Of a DNA stretch of 64,000 bases, positions 63,110 to 64,000 are shown piece after piece; position 1 is the stretch's first letter; the number at the start of each line of letters is the position of its first letter. Location of the stretch: positions 22,754,001 to 22,818,000 of the forward strand of contig NC_091997.1 in assembly GCF_044704955.1 (NCBI RefSeq). The letters run 5' to 3'. Below the pieces are notes generated by a model that was not told where the DNA came from, ran no database searches, and was given only the letters and a program-made list of their open reading frames with translations. This DNA is from Pristiophorus japonicus. Lineage: Eukaryota. The translations under genes and the position numbers were made by a program.

Positions 63110-64000
63110 TGGACATTAGCTTGGATGATGTGGAATCTATATGGGTGGAGCTGCAGAACATCAAAGGGCAAAAGACATTAGTGGGAGTTATGTACAGACC
63201 TCCAAACAGTAGTAGTGATGTTGGGGAGGGCATCAAGCAGGAAATTAGGCGTGCATGCAATAAAGGTGCAGCAGTTATCATGGGTGACTTTAATATGCAC
63301 ATAGATTGGGCTAACCAAACTGGAAACAATACGGTAGAGGAGGATTTCCTGGAGTGCATAAGGGATGGTTTTCTAGACCAATATGCCGAGCAAGCAACTA
63401 GGGGGGAGGCCATCTTAGACTGGGTGTTGTGTAATGAGAGAGGATTAATTAGCAATCTCGTTGTGCGAGGCCCTTTGGGGTAGAGTGACCATAATATGGT
63501 GGAATTCTATATTAGGATGGAGAATTAAACAGTTAATTCAGAGACCATGGTCCAGAACTTAAAGAAGGATAACTCTGAAGGTATGAGGCGTGACTTGGCT
63601 AGGATAGATTGGCGAATGATACTTAAGGGGTTGACAGTGGATGGGCAATGGCAGACATTTAGAGACTGCTTGGATGAACTACAACAATTGTACACCCTGT
63701 CTGGCGTAAAAATAAAAAAGACAAGGTGACTCAACCGTGATTATCAAGGGAAATCAGGGATAGTATAAAAGCCAAGGAAGTGGCATACAAATTGGCCAGA
63801 AATCGCAGCGAACCCGGGGACTGGGAGAAATTTAGAACTCAGCAGAGGAGGACAAAGGGTTTGATTAGGGCAGGGAAAATAGAGTACGAGAGGAAGCTTG
63901 CAGGGAACATTAAGACGGACTGCAAAAGCTTCTATAGATATGTAAAGAGAAAAAGGTTAGTAAAGACAAACGTAGATCCCCTGCAGTCAGAATCAAGGGA
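63110..64000 (+). mobile_element. CR1 LINE ORF2 fragment (APE region onward), running off the window
   Basis: YRPPNSS, IMGDFN and ILDWVLCN; closely similar to 19530-20390. Confidence 0.93.

Overview
Eukaryotic, transposon-dense genomic DNA. The repeat repertoire (Deu-type tRNA SINEs, CR1/HER1-like LINEs, short-LTR Gypsy elements, Penelope-derived mini-elements) points to a cartilaginous fish, probably a shark; this is inference. The only convincing host gene is the large last coding exon of a neurexophilin on the minus strand (11760-10993), with a clean splice acceptor and a probable ~1.5 kb 3' UTR. I did not find the signal-peptide exon, so 11761-64000 is probably intron. That region holds three degraded Gypsy proviruses (two with both LTRs and 5-bp TSDs, one chimeric), several solo LTRs, many CR1 fragments, RTE and L2 remnants, SINEs and Harbinger- or pogo-like MITEs, often nested several layers deep. 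I found no clearly novel multi-gene system. The best leads are a minimal hammerhead ribozyme motif in Penelope-derived mini-elements, a non-autonomous family sharing the RTE LINE tail, a SINE carrying a ~270-bp 5' extension, a CTCF-like motif retained across divergent LTR families, and the mixed NXPH1/NXPH3 character of the neurexophilin. All alignments and counts were done by eye, and reference comparisons are from memory.
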